A DNA stretch of 23,819 nucleotides, taken from positions 1 to 23,819 of the forward strand of contig JBKJJJ010000137.1 of assembly GCA_046598045.1 (NCBI GenBank), read 5' to 3'. The translations under genes and the position numbers were made by a program. The notes beneath the pieces are model-generated. The model had not been told where the DNA came from. It did not search any database and saw only the letters and a program-made list of their open reading frames with translations. Shown here piece by piece: positions 1-9,183 of this stretch. The stretch is from Candidatus Eiseniibacteriota bacterium (GTDB taxonomy: Bacteria > Eisenbacteria > RBG-16-71-46 > DASYSL01). Positions within the stretch are counted from its first letter, which is position 1, and each line of letters starts with the position of its first letter.

Positions 1-894
1 CTGCAGGTGGAGGCGATTCTCCGCCTGCTCGACCACCGCGCTCTGCGGGCCGTCGATCACGGCGTCGGTCACTTCCTCGCCGCGGTGTGCGGGCAGGCAG
101 TGCAGGAACAGCGCATCGGGCTTCGCCGACGCCATCAGCGCGTCGTTCACCTGGAAGCCCGCGAACGCGACGCGCCGCCACGCGGCCTCTTCCTCCTGGC
201 CCATGCTCGTCCACGTGTCGGTGTAGACCGCGTCGGCGTCGCGCACGGCCTCGCGCGGGTCGCGCACACGACGGATCCCGCCCTTGGAGGCCTTTTCGGC
301 CGCGAGGAACAGGCCGGCGTCGGGCTCGAACCCGTCGGGCACCGCGATCGTGAGCCGAAAGCCGAAGATCGTCGCCGCCTCGAGCCACGAGTGCAGCACG
401 TTGTTGCCGTCGCCCACCCACGCCACGTGCATCGTGTCGAGGTCCTTGCCGCGCCGCTTGAGCGTGTACAGGTCCGAGAGGATCTGGCACGGGTGCGAAA
501 AATCCGTGAGCGCGTTGATGACCGGGATCGTGGCGTGTTCGGCGAGCGTCTTGAGCAACTGGTGCGCGAACGTGCGCACGACGACGAGGTCGACCATGCC
601 CGAGAGCACGTGCGCCACGTCCTTCAGGCTCTCGCGGCCCTCGAGGCTGACCTCGGCCTTGCCGAGGTCGATCGCGTCGCCGCCGAGCTGGTGCATCCCG
701 ACCGTGAACGACACACGTGTGCGCAGCGACGGCTTGTGGAACACCATCGCGGCGGTACGGCCGGCGAGCGGGCGCGGTGCGTTGCGCGCGTGGCGCAGCG
801 AGCGCAGGTGCTCGGCCTGCTCGAACAGCGCGAGCGTCCACGAGCGGTCGAGGCCGGCAAGGTCGATCAGGTGGCGCGGGGCGACACGTTCCAT
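1..894 (-). CDS. argF: Ornithine carbamoyltransferase (3' end truncated by window edge)
   Basis: Not in the ORF track because it has no stop in the window. Manual translation from ATG 894 (GGAGG about 10 nt upstream) gives MERVAPRHLIDL..., FHKPSLRTRVSF (carbamoyl-phosphate site), INALTDFSHPCQILSD, YTDTWTSMGQE, FLHCLPAHRGEEVT, QAENRLHLQ. Confidence 0.95.
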   Translation of the reverse strand, partial: MERVAPRHLIDLAGLDRSWTLALFEQAEHLRSLRHARNAPRPLAGRTAAMVFHKPSLRTRVSFTVGMHQLGGDAIDLGKAEVSLEGRESLKDVAHVLSGMVDLVVVRTFAHQLLKTLAEHATIPVINALTDFSHPCQILSDLYTLKRRGKDLDTMHVAWVGDGNNVLHSWLEAATIFGFRLTIAVPDGFEPDAGLFLAAEKASKGGIRRVRDPREAVRDADAVYTDTWTSMGQEEEAAWRRVAFAGFQVNDALMASAKPDALFLHCLPAHRGEEVTDAVIDGPQSAVVEQAENRLHLQ

Positions 895-920
895 GGGCGT
901 GTGATCCTCCACAGGCGGGT

Positions 921-1521
921 TCACGAGGCGTCCGGTCCCTCGACCGGAATGCGCCACGCGGCGTTGTTGACCCGGGCGGCCGCGGCGGCGCCCTCGACCA
1001 GTTCGATTTCGACCGCGACCTCGTCGCAGGCATGGCGCTTCGGACAGCCGACGCAGTCGGTCCACACCTTGCGCGGGAGGTCGTCGCGCTCGACCACCGA
1101 GAATCCGACGCGCTCGAAGAACTGGACCTCCTTCGTGAGCGCGATCACGCGCGTCAGGCCGCGCGCGCGCGCGTCGTCGAGCGTCGCCCTGACCAGCGCG
1201 GCACCGAGGCCGAGACCCTGCGCCTCCGCGGTCACCGCCAGCGAGCGCACCTCGCCCAGGTCCATCCACAGGATGCGCAGCGCGGCGCAGGCGATCACCT
1301 TGCCCGCCTTGTCGAGCGCGACGTGGAACTCGGGAATCGCGCGATAGAGCTCGCCGATCGAGCGCGGCAGGAGCGTGCCCTCCTCGACGTAACGCGCCAT
1401 CACGCCCGCGATGCCGGGCACGTCGGCGACCACGGCGCGGCGCAGCGATACGCCCGCCGCCTCGGCGCGGGTGGGCGCGGGCTTGCCATTGCTCGAAGGC
1501 GCCGGGGGAGTCACGGAGGTC

Positions 1522-1529
<8 letters not shown>
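921..1529 (-). CDS. argA: GNAT N-acetyltransferase, short-type N-acetylglutamate synthase (ArgA-like)
   Basis: LLPRS, GEVRSLAV, QGLGLG acetyl-CoA motif, FFERVGF and LPRKVWTDCVGCPK...CDE are typical of the short ArgA family. It lies inside the arg operon and its GTG start overlaps the argG stop. Confidence 0.8.
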
Positions 1530-2753
<1,224 letters not shown>

Positions 2754-2757
<4 letters not shown>

Positions 2758-4013
2758 GCCTGCTCCTTCGCCCCGGGGGCGGACTCGAGGTCGGTCAGCG
2801 CGCGGTCCGCGCGGGCGATCGCATCGGCGATCTCGGGTTCGGTGACGGTCAACGGCGGCAGGAAGCGCACGGCGCGCTCGCCGCCGCGCACGAGCAACAG
2901 GCCCTGCGCCCGCGCGGCGAGGACGAACGCCGGCGCGTCGAAGCCTGCGTTCTCCTTGATCTCGATCGCGGTCAGCAGGCCGAGGCCGCGCGCGCCCGCG
3001 ACCGACTCCGGGTGGCGCAGCGCGAGATCGTCGAGACCCGCGCGCAGCGCCTTGCCCATGCGCCGCACGCGCCCGAGGAATGCCGGCTTCGACACGCGTT
3101 CCACGACCCACAGCCCGGCCGCCGCACAGGCCGGATTGCCGCCGAACGTCGTGCCGTGCATGCCCGGCGCGAGCGCCTCGGCGGCCGCGTCGTCGAGCAG
3201 CACCGCCGCGAGCGGCAGGCCGCCGCCGAGCGCCTTCGACAGCACCGTGATGTCCGCGCGCACACCGAAGTGCTCGGCGCCGAGGAAGCGCCCGGTCCGC
3301 CCGACGCCCGATTGCACCTCGTCGATCACGAGCAGCGCGCCCGTAGCGTCGCAGCGCGCGCGCAATGCGGTCAGGAACTTCTTGGTCGCGGGCACCGCGC
3401 CGCTCTCGCCCTGCACGACCTCGACGATCACGCCGCACGTGCCTACATTGATCGCGCCCTCGAGCGCGGCCACGTCGTTGAAAGGCGCGAACGTGACACC
3501 CGGGATCAGCGGTTCGAACGGCGCGCGATAGGGCGGGTTCCACGTGGTCGAGAGCGCGAAGCCCGTGCGCCCGTGGAAGCCGCCGGTGAACGCGACGATG
3601 CCCCGGCCTTCGCGCCCGAGTGCATGCGCGCGCGCGCGGCAGAACTTGAGCGCCGACTCGACGCCCTCGGCGCCCGAGTTCGCGAAGAACACGCGCTGGT
3701 AACCGGTCAGCGCGACGAGCTTCTGCGCGAGCTCGATGGCCGGGCGGTTGGCGTAGAGGTTCGAGACCTGGCCGAGCGTCTTGAGCTGCTTCGTGATCGC
3801 GCGCACCAGGCCTGCCGGAGCGTGCCCGAACGCGTTGACCGCGATCCCCGAGACGAAGTCGAGACGCTCCACGCCGTCCGCGCCCCACACGCGTGCGCCG
3901 CTCCCACGCGCCAGTTCGAGGCGCGGCAGGGGATAGGTGGGCGCGATCAGGCCGACCTCCTCGAGCGCGAGCGAGGGATCCGGCGTTGCGCTGACGACGG
4001 GGGCTTCAACCAC
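2754..4013 (-). CDS. argD: Acetylornithine aminotransferase (class III PLP)
   Basis: GTG 4013 is preceded by AAGGAGG. Motifs: DFVSGIAVNAFGH, FFANSGAE, GFHGRT, DEVQSGVGRTG, SKALGGG, HGTTFGGNP. Operon context agrees. Confidence 0.93.
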
Positions 4014-4806
4014 GAACGGCCTCCTTTCCGGCCAGCGCGCGCGCGATGCGCGTGCCGCCAGCTTCGCCTGAGAGGACCCGCGCCAGCGTTCCGGCGCCCG
4101 TCCACGATCCGATCCACGCGCCGAGCGCGCCACCCGCGACCGCCGCCCCGGCAGCCTCGAGCTTGGGCCCCATCCCGCCCGTGACCTCGGGCGAGAGCAG
4201 CGCGCGCTCGAGCGCGGCGAGGTCGAGCGCCGGCGTGACCTCGCCCGCGAGCACGAGCCCCGGCGCGTCCGAGAGCAGCACCAGCACCGAGGCGCCGAGC
4301 GCCGGCGCGATCGCGGCGGCGAGGTCGTCGGCATTGACGTTGAGCAGGCGGCCATCGCACTGCCCGATGCTCGCGATCACCGGCGTGCGCCCGGCCGTGA
4401 GCAGGTCGCGCACGAGCGCGCCGTTGATCCCCGCCACCACGCCGACCTCGCCCAGCGTCTGAGCGTCCGCGTGCGGAACGATCGTCGCCAGGCCGCCGTC
4501 GAGCGCCGCCAGGCCGACCGCGTCCAGGCCGTGCGCGCGCAGCTGCGCGACCAGGCGCTTGTTGAGCAGGCCCGCGAGTACTGCGGTTGCGACCTCGAGC
4601 GCCTGGGCATCGGTCACGCGCCGGCCGCCCTCGAAGCGCGCGGCGATGCCGAGCCGCTCGCACCACGCGGTGACCTCGCCGCCGCCGCCGTGTACGACCA
4701 CCGCGCGACCTGCGAGCGGCGCGAGATCCTTCGCCAGTTGCGCCACGGCGCCTTCGCCCTCGAGCGCGCGGCCCCCGAGCTTGATCACGACCGGGGCGCC
4801 GCTCAC
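4006..4806 (-). CDS. argB: Acetylglutamate kinase
   Basis: GTG 4806 (GTGA overlap with the argC stop, GGAGG upstream). Motifs: VIKLGG, VVVHGGG, GRRVTD, NVNAD, VTGGMGPK. Confidence 0.95.
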   Translation of the reverse strand: MSGAPVVIKLGGRALEGEGAVAQLAKDLAPLAGRAVVVHGGGGEVTAWCERLGIAARFEGGRRVTDAQALEVATAVLAGLLNKRLVAQLRAHGLDAVGLAALDGGLATIVPHADAQTLGEVGVVAGINGALVRDLLTAGRTPVIASIGQCDGRLLNVNADDLAAAIAPALGASVLVLLSDAPGLVLAGEVTPALDLAALERALLSPEVTGGMGPKLEAAGAAVAGGALGAWIGSWTGAGTLARVLSGEAGGTRIARALAGKEAVRG

Positions 4807-5882
4807 CACGGCCTCCCGTGGCGCGACAGGCCGGTGGTCTCGGGCCAGCCGAGCATCAGGTTCAGGTTCTGCAGTGCCTGCGATCCCGCGCCCTTCGCGA
4901 GGTTGTCGATCGCCGCGGTCGCGAGCAGCGTACCGTCGTCGAACAGCGTCGTGACCTGCAGGTCGACGCGATTCGAGCCCCGGACCGCGCTCGTCTGCGG
5001 CCAGGCGTCTTCGTCCAGGAGCCGCACGAACGGCTCGTCGGCGTAAGCCGCCGCGTACGCCGCGCGCGCCTCGGCGGGCGTGACGCGGCGCGCCAGTCGG
5101 CACTGCGCGGTGAGCAGGATGCCGCGCGCCATCGGCACGAGCTGCGGCACGAACGCGATCTCGGCCGCGCGCCCGTTCGCCAGGCGCGTGACCGTGCGCG
5201 CGATCTCGGCGACGTGCGGATGCACGGTGCCGACCTTGTAGAACGAGGCGCCGCCGTCGAGTTCGACGAACGAGGTCGCGGCGATCGCCCCGCGCCCGGC
5301 GCCGCTCGCGCCCGAGAGCGCGTTGACCGTGACCGGGCCGTCGATCCAGCCCGCCTCCGCCGCCGGCATGAGCGCGAGCGCAGCCGCCGTCGGGTAGCAG
5401 CCCGGGTTCGCAACGCGCTGCGCGGCGCGGATGTCCTCCCGGAACGCCTCGGGCAGGCCGTAAACATAGCCCGCTGAGCCGTCCCGGTGATCGGACGAAA
5501 GGTCGACCACGCGCAGCGCGTGCGCAGCGGCAAGGAGCCCGGGGCGCTCCGCGCACAGCGCGGTCCACGCGCCATGCGGCAGGGCGACCACGAGCGTATC
5601 GACTGCGCCCTGCGCGATACGCTCCTCGAGCGCGTCGAGCTGGATGCACGCCGGACCGTCGCCGGCAAGCGCGCCGGGATCGATCCCGGGCAGCGCCTGA
5701 AGGAGACCCTGATCGGCCGACCGCACGACGAGCGCCTCGACCGTGATGCCCGGGTGCGCGAGCGCGAGGCGCGCGAACTCTCCGCCCGCGTAGCCCGTCG
5801 CTCCGAGCACGGCCACGCGCGCGGTGCGTGCGCGCGACGCGGGCGCGGTGGCCCCGGCGATGCCGGCCGTGCCCTGGATCAC
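4803..5882 (-). CDS. argC: N-acetyl-gamma-glutamyl-phosphate reductase
   Basis: GTG 5882 (GTGA overlap with the argR stop). Motifs: VAVLGATGYAG, ALPHG, DLSSDHR, YGLPE, ANPGCYPT, SGASGAGR, HPHVAEI, DNLAKGA. Confidence 0.95.
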   Translation of the reverse strand: MIQGTAGIAGATAPASRARTARVAVLGATGYAGGEFARLALAHPGITVEALVVRSADQGLLQALPGIDPGALAGDGPACIQLDALEERIAQGAVDTLVVALPHGAWTALCAERPGLLAAAHALRVVDLSSDHRDGSAGYVYGLPEAFREDIRAAQRVANPGCYPTAAALALMPAAEAGWIDGPVTVNALSGASGAGRGAIAATSFVELDGGASFYKVGTVHPHVAEIARTVTRLANGRAAEIAFVPQLVPMARGILLTAQCRLARRVTPAEARAAYAAAYADEPFVRLLDEDAWPQTSAVRGSNRVDLQVTTLFDDGTLLATAAIDNLAKGAGSQALQNLNLMLGWPETTGLSRHGRPW

Positions 5883-6367
5883 TTGCCCGACCCCGACGTG
5901 CCGCGCGCGGTCCCCTCGGCGAGGGTGTCGAGATGGCGCTTGAGCTTGCGCGCCGCGGCCGTGGTGGTGAGCACCGCGAGCAGCGTGTCGTCGCCCGCAA
6001 CCGAGCCGAGCATGCCCGGGAACGCGAGCAGGTCGATCGCCCGCCCCACGCCATTGGCGTGGCCGGGGGGCGTCTTGATGACCGCCAGGTTCTGCGCGAC
6101 CGTCACCTCGTTGACGAAGGCGACGAGATCGAGCCGCTGGCGTTCGCGGTCGAAGATCTCCACCGCGGGCGCGGGCAGGACGTACTGGGGCTGGCCGTCC
6201 GGTCCCGGGCGCTTGCCGACGCCCAGGCTGCGGAGGTCCCGTGACAGCGTGGCCTGGGTCACCGGCAGTCCCTCGCGTGCGAGCGCGCGCGCCAGCTCCT
6301 CCTGGCTGGAGAAGCGGCGCTCCGACAGGAGCTGGGACAGGGCGGTGAGCCGGCGCGTGCGCGACAT
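5879..6367 (-). CDS. argR: Arginine repressor
   Basis: ATG 6367 with GGAGG upstream. Motifs: SQEEL, TQATLSRDL (winged HTH), KTPPGHA, GSVAGDDT (arginine-binding). Confidence 0.95.
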   Translation of the reverse strand: MSRTRRLTALSQLLSERRFSSQEELARALAREGLPVTQATLSRDLRSLGVGKRPGPDGQPQYVLPAPAVEIFDRERQRLDLVAFVNEVTVAQNLAVIKTPPGHANGVGRAIDLLAFPGMLGSVAGDDTLLAVLTTTAAARKLKRHLDTLAEGTARGTSGSGK

Positions 6368-6439
6368 CGGGCCTCCAGGGACGGCTGGAAATGAGAAGGG
6401 CGACGGGCCGGAGGTCCCGCCTCCGGGCCGCGCCGCCTT

Positions 6440-6477
6440 GATGCATAAAAATGCATCCCTGTGAATATATAGTCCTG
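6440..6477. promoter_or_regulatory. Tandem ARG boxes (ArgR operator)
   Basis: GA-TGCAT-AAAA-ATGCA-TC (6440-6457, palindromic), a 2-bp gap, then TG-TGAAT-ATAT-AGTCC-TG (6460-6477). Both resemble the nnTGAATwwwwATTCAnn consensus and form an AT-rich island directly upstream of argR. Confidence 0.85.
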
Positions 6478-6493
6478 GTCGCCCGGGCGTCAA
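6464..6493 (-). promoter_or_regulatory. Putative sigma70 promoter of the arg operon
   Basis: Minus strand TTGACG (6493-6488), N18, TATATT (6469-6464); the -10 overlaps the second ARG box. Confidence 0.7.
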
Positions 6494-6573
6494 TGGTTTT
6501 TTCGGGGTGACCGGCGCCCGGGTCGAGCCTGCGTCCCCGGCCAGGGGGCGGGCGCGGGCCGGGGCAAGCGGGC

Positions 6574-6600
6574 GCGGGTGTGCCGCGGGTGTGCCGCGGG
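6574..6600 (+). repeat. Short tandem repeat (GCGGGTGTGCC x2 plus partial third copy)
   Basis: Copies at 6574-6584 and 6585-6595, partial copy at 6596-6600. Confidence 0.7.
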
Positions 6601-6601
6601 C

Positions 6602-6631
6602 TTGCCGCTGGGCGGCGATGGGTTCTAGAAT
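6602..6631 (+). promoter_or_regulatory. Putative sigma70 promoter of the REC/HD-GYP gene
   Basis: TTGCCG (6602-6607), N18, TAGAAT (6626-6631); an in-frame GTG follows 7 nt later. Confidence 0.6.
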
Positions 6632-6638
6632 GTGCGAC

Positions 6639-7661
6639 GTGGAAGCCCACGCCGTTCCTACATCCTCGCCGACCACGCCTCCCGGGGCGCGGATCCTCGT
6701 CGTCGACGACGACGAGCAGGTGCGCTACCTCCTGCGCTACCTGCTGACCCACGACGGCTACCAGGTGGAGGACGCCTCGAGCGGCGCCGAGGCGCTCGAG
6801 AAGGTCGAACACGCCTCGCCGGACGTCGTCCTGCTCGACCTCGACCTGTCCGGGCTCACCAGCCACGACGTGATCGAGACCCTGCGCGACGACCCGCGCA
6901 CCCGGTTCGTGCCGATCGTGATGATCACCGGCGGTGCCACCCGCCGCGACAAGCTCGTCGCCATCAACGCGGGGATCACCGACTTCCTGACCAAGCCCTT
7001 CGATGGGGAGGAGCTGCTGGCGCGCATCCGCACGCTGGTGCGGCTCAAGCGCTTCACGGACGTGTTCGAGGAGGCGCGCGAGGTCATCATCGCGCTGGCC
7101 TCGACCATCGACCAGCGCGATCCGTACACCTCGGGTCACAGCGAACGCGTGTCCTATTACGCGGAGATGCTCGGCCGGGCGGCCGGCGTGAGCGTCGAGG
7201 AGCAGGAGATCCTGCGCTACGGCGGGCTGTTCCACGACATCGGCAAGATCGCGATCCGCGACGCGGTCCTGCTCAAGCCCGGCAAGCTCACGCCCGAGGA
7301 GCGGCTCGAGATCCAGCGCCACCCGGTCGCCGGGCGCGACCTGCTCAAGAACATGCGCACGCTCGAGACCGCAATGCCGATCGTGTACCACCACCACGAG
7401 CGCTTCGATGGCTCGGGCTACCCCGAAGGGCTGGTGGGCGAGGACATCCCGCTCCTGGCGCGGGTGGCGTCGATCGCCGACGTCTACGACGCGCTCACCA
7501 CCAAGCGCCCGTATCGCGATGCGCTCACGCGCGCGGACGCGCTCGAGCTGATGGCCAGCGAGGTCGCCAAGGGCTGGCATGACCCGGTGCTGTTCGACCT
7601 CTACCTGGGCTTGATCGAAGCCCGCCCGGAAGGATTCCTCCCGGGCGGGGAAGAGGCCTGA
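6639..7661 (+). CDS. Response regulator with receiver and HD-GYP domains (cyclic di-GMP phosphodiesterase)
   Basis: REC motifs: ILVVDDD, DVVLLD, MITG, KPF. HD-GYP motifs: TSGHSERV, HDIGK, HHERFDGSGYP, IADVYDALT..RPY. Start uncertain (ATG 6618, ATG 6630 or GTG 6639). Confidence 0.92.
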   Translation: MEAHAVPTSSPTTPPGARILVVDDDEQVRYLLRYLLTHDGYQVEDASSGAEALEKVEHASPDVVLLDLDLSGLTSHDVIETLRDDPRTRFVPIVMITGGATRRDKLVAINAGITDFLTKPFDGEELLARIRTLVRLKRFTDVFEEAREVIIALASTIDQRDPYTSGHSERVSYYAEMLGRAAGVSVEEQEILRYGGLFHDIGKIAIRDAVLLKPGKLTPEERLEIQRHPVAGRDLLKNMRTLETAMPIVYHHHERFDGSGYPEGLVGEDIPLLARVASIADVYDALTTKRPYRDALTRADALELMASEVAKGWHDPVLFDLYLGLIEARPEGFLPGGEEA

Positions 7662-7667
7662 CCCGCT

Positions 7668-7787
7668 CCAGGCCAGCTCGAGCAGCAGGAACTCCGCGGG
7701 CTGGACGCCCTCGACCGCGCGCTTCGGTCTCCCCTCGATCGCGACGCCATCCCCTTCGACCAATTCGGGCCCTCGAGGCGCAGTTCA
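7668..7787 (-). pseudogene. Probable relic of the 3' end of a pirin-family (YhhW-like) gene
   Basis: Minus strand reads ELRLEG-(1-nt frameshift)-ELVEGDGVAIEGRPKRAVEGVQPAEFLLLELA, resembling the pirin C-terminal pattern V.VNG..L..GDGAAI...AE.LLFDLA. No intact start. Confidence 0.4.
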
Positions 7788-7845
7788 GCGCACCGTGGTT
7801 GGGATGCCCGGGTTGTGCGCTCGATTCAAAGTGGTGTCCGCGCCC

Positions 7846-7874
7846 TTGTCGGGGCCGGGCCGGCCCTCTACTCT
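7846..7874 (+). promoter_or_regulatory. Putative sigma70 promoter of the TlpA/dehydrogenase genes
   Basis: TTGTCG (7846-7851), N17, TACTCT (7869-7874), about 50 nt before ATG 7926. Confidence 0.5.
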
Positions 7875-7925
7875 CTGGGAGAGCCTATCGCACCGGCCCG
7901 GACCCGCCACCCTCAGGAGACCTTG

Positions 7926-9164
7926 ATGCGCCAGCAACTGATTGTCGCCATGGGAGTTATCGTCACAGCCGGGGCTCTTGCCCTGGGCAGCCCGGCGCTC
8001 CCGGGAGGGGCTCAACTCTCCGCCCAACAGATTCTGGCGCGGACCGCCGAAAACTATCGCGGGGTCACGGGCTATCGCTTCGAGGGGAGCGTGGCGACTC
8101 ACATGACGGTCCAGGAGCAGGTGCAGGACATCAACAACACGCTCCTGATCGCTTACGGGGGCCCCGGGCGGGCGCGCTTCGAGGCGGGCACGCCGTCCGA
8201 CCGCACGGTGCTGATCAACGCGGGCGAGTCGACGTGGACCTACAGCAGCACCCTGGCGCAGTACTCGGTCCAGAAGACCGAGGTCAACCCGGCGGCGAAC
8301 GGCGGGCTGCCCGGCATCGATCCCGCGGCGGCGCATCCGTTCGCGGGTTACGGGCGACTCGCCGAGCATGTCGCGAAGGCGAGCCTCGTGGGCAAGGACA
8401 CCGCGACCGTGAACGGCGTGGTCGTCCCGACGTACGTGATCGAGGTGCAGTACGACACGACCGTTGCCCGCGGGGAGGGCGGCTCCGTCCAGGCGCCCAA
8501 GCGGCTGGCGATCGATGCCGAGCGCTTCCTGGTCGTGGGCGACGAGTCCTCGGTCGAGCGTTCCCACCCGGCGTTGCCGAAGCCGATCCACATCGAGCAG
8601 AAGGCGCGCTTCACGAACGTGGCATGGAACGTGGCGCCCGACCCGGCGCTGTTCGCGTTCGTCGCCCCGATCGGCACGACGCGGGTCCTCCGGGTGGGGG
8701 CGCAGGCCGCGGATCCGACCGAGGAGGTGAGCGCGTACACCGGCAAGCTGGCCGCCGCCTTCACGCTCTCCGACCTCAAGGGCGTCAAGCGCGCGCTGGC
8801 GGCGCACAAGGGCAAGGTCGTGCTGCTCGACTTCTGGGCGACGTGGTGTGGGCCCTGCCGGCGCGAGATGCCGATCATCGCGCGCATGCACGAGAAGTAT
8901 GCGGCCAGGGGCCTCGTGGTCTACGGCGTCAACTGCAGCGAATCGGGCGCGAAGGCGAAGGCGTTCGTCGACAAGTACGGCTACCGGTTTCCGATCCTGC
9001 TCGACCGCGATGGCGCAGTGCAGAACCACTATGGCATCACCGCGATCCCGACGGTCTTCGTCATCGACCGGAAGGGCATCGTTCGCGCCCACATGATCGG
9101 GGGACGTTCGGAAGACGACCTCGTTGCGGCGCTGACGAAGGCGGGGCTCGACACCCGGCCCTGA
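7926..9164 (+). CDS. Exported TlpA/ResA-family thiol-disulfide oxidoreductase with an N-terminal LolA/DUF2092-like domain
   Basis: ATG 7926 after CAGGAG; hydrophobic signal peptide. C-terminal KGKVVLLDFWATWCGPCRREMP and YGITAIPTVFVID. The beta-rich N-terminal part ends in NVAPDPALFAFVAP, like the LolA-fold terminal F.F..P motif. Confidence 0.85.
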   Translation: MRQQLIVAMGVIVTAGALALGSPALPGGAQLSAQQILARTAENYRGVTGYRFEGSVATHMTVQEQVQDINNTLLIAYGGPGRARFEAGTPSDRTVLINAGESTWTYSSTLAQYSVQKTEVNPAANGGLPGIDPAAAHPFAGYGRLAEHVAKASLVGKDTATVNGVVVPTYVIEVQYDTTVARGEGGSVQAPKRLAIDAERFLVVGDESSVERSHPALPKPIHIEQKARFTNVAWNVAPDPALFAFVAPIGTTRVLRVGAQAADPTEEVSAYTGKLAAAFTLSDLKGVKRALAAHKGKVVLLDFWATWCGPCRREMPIIARMHEKYAARGLVVYGVNCSESGAKAKAFVDKYGYRFPILLDRDGAVQNHYGITAIPTVFVIDRKGIVRAHMIGGRSEDDLVAALTKAGLDTRP

Positions 9165-9183
9165 CATGATGTTCGGAGGATCC

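Noticed and set aside
1..894. ArgF as an N-acetylornithine transcarbamylase (ArgF') because of SLRT
   Set aside because: It keeps DxxxSMG and HCLPAHRGEE, typical of canonical OTCase.
6820..6870. Possible pseudo-receiver (DLDLSGLTS instead of DxxMPxxxG)
   Set aside because: The acidic pocket, phospho-Asp, Thr and Lys are all present, so it is probably functional.
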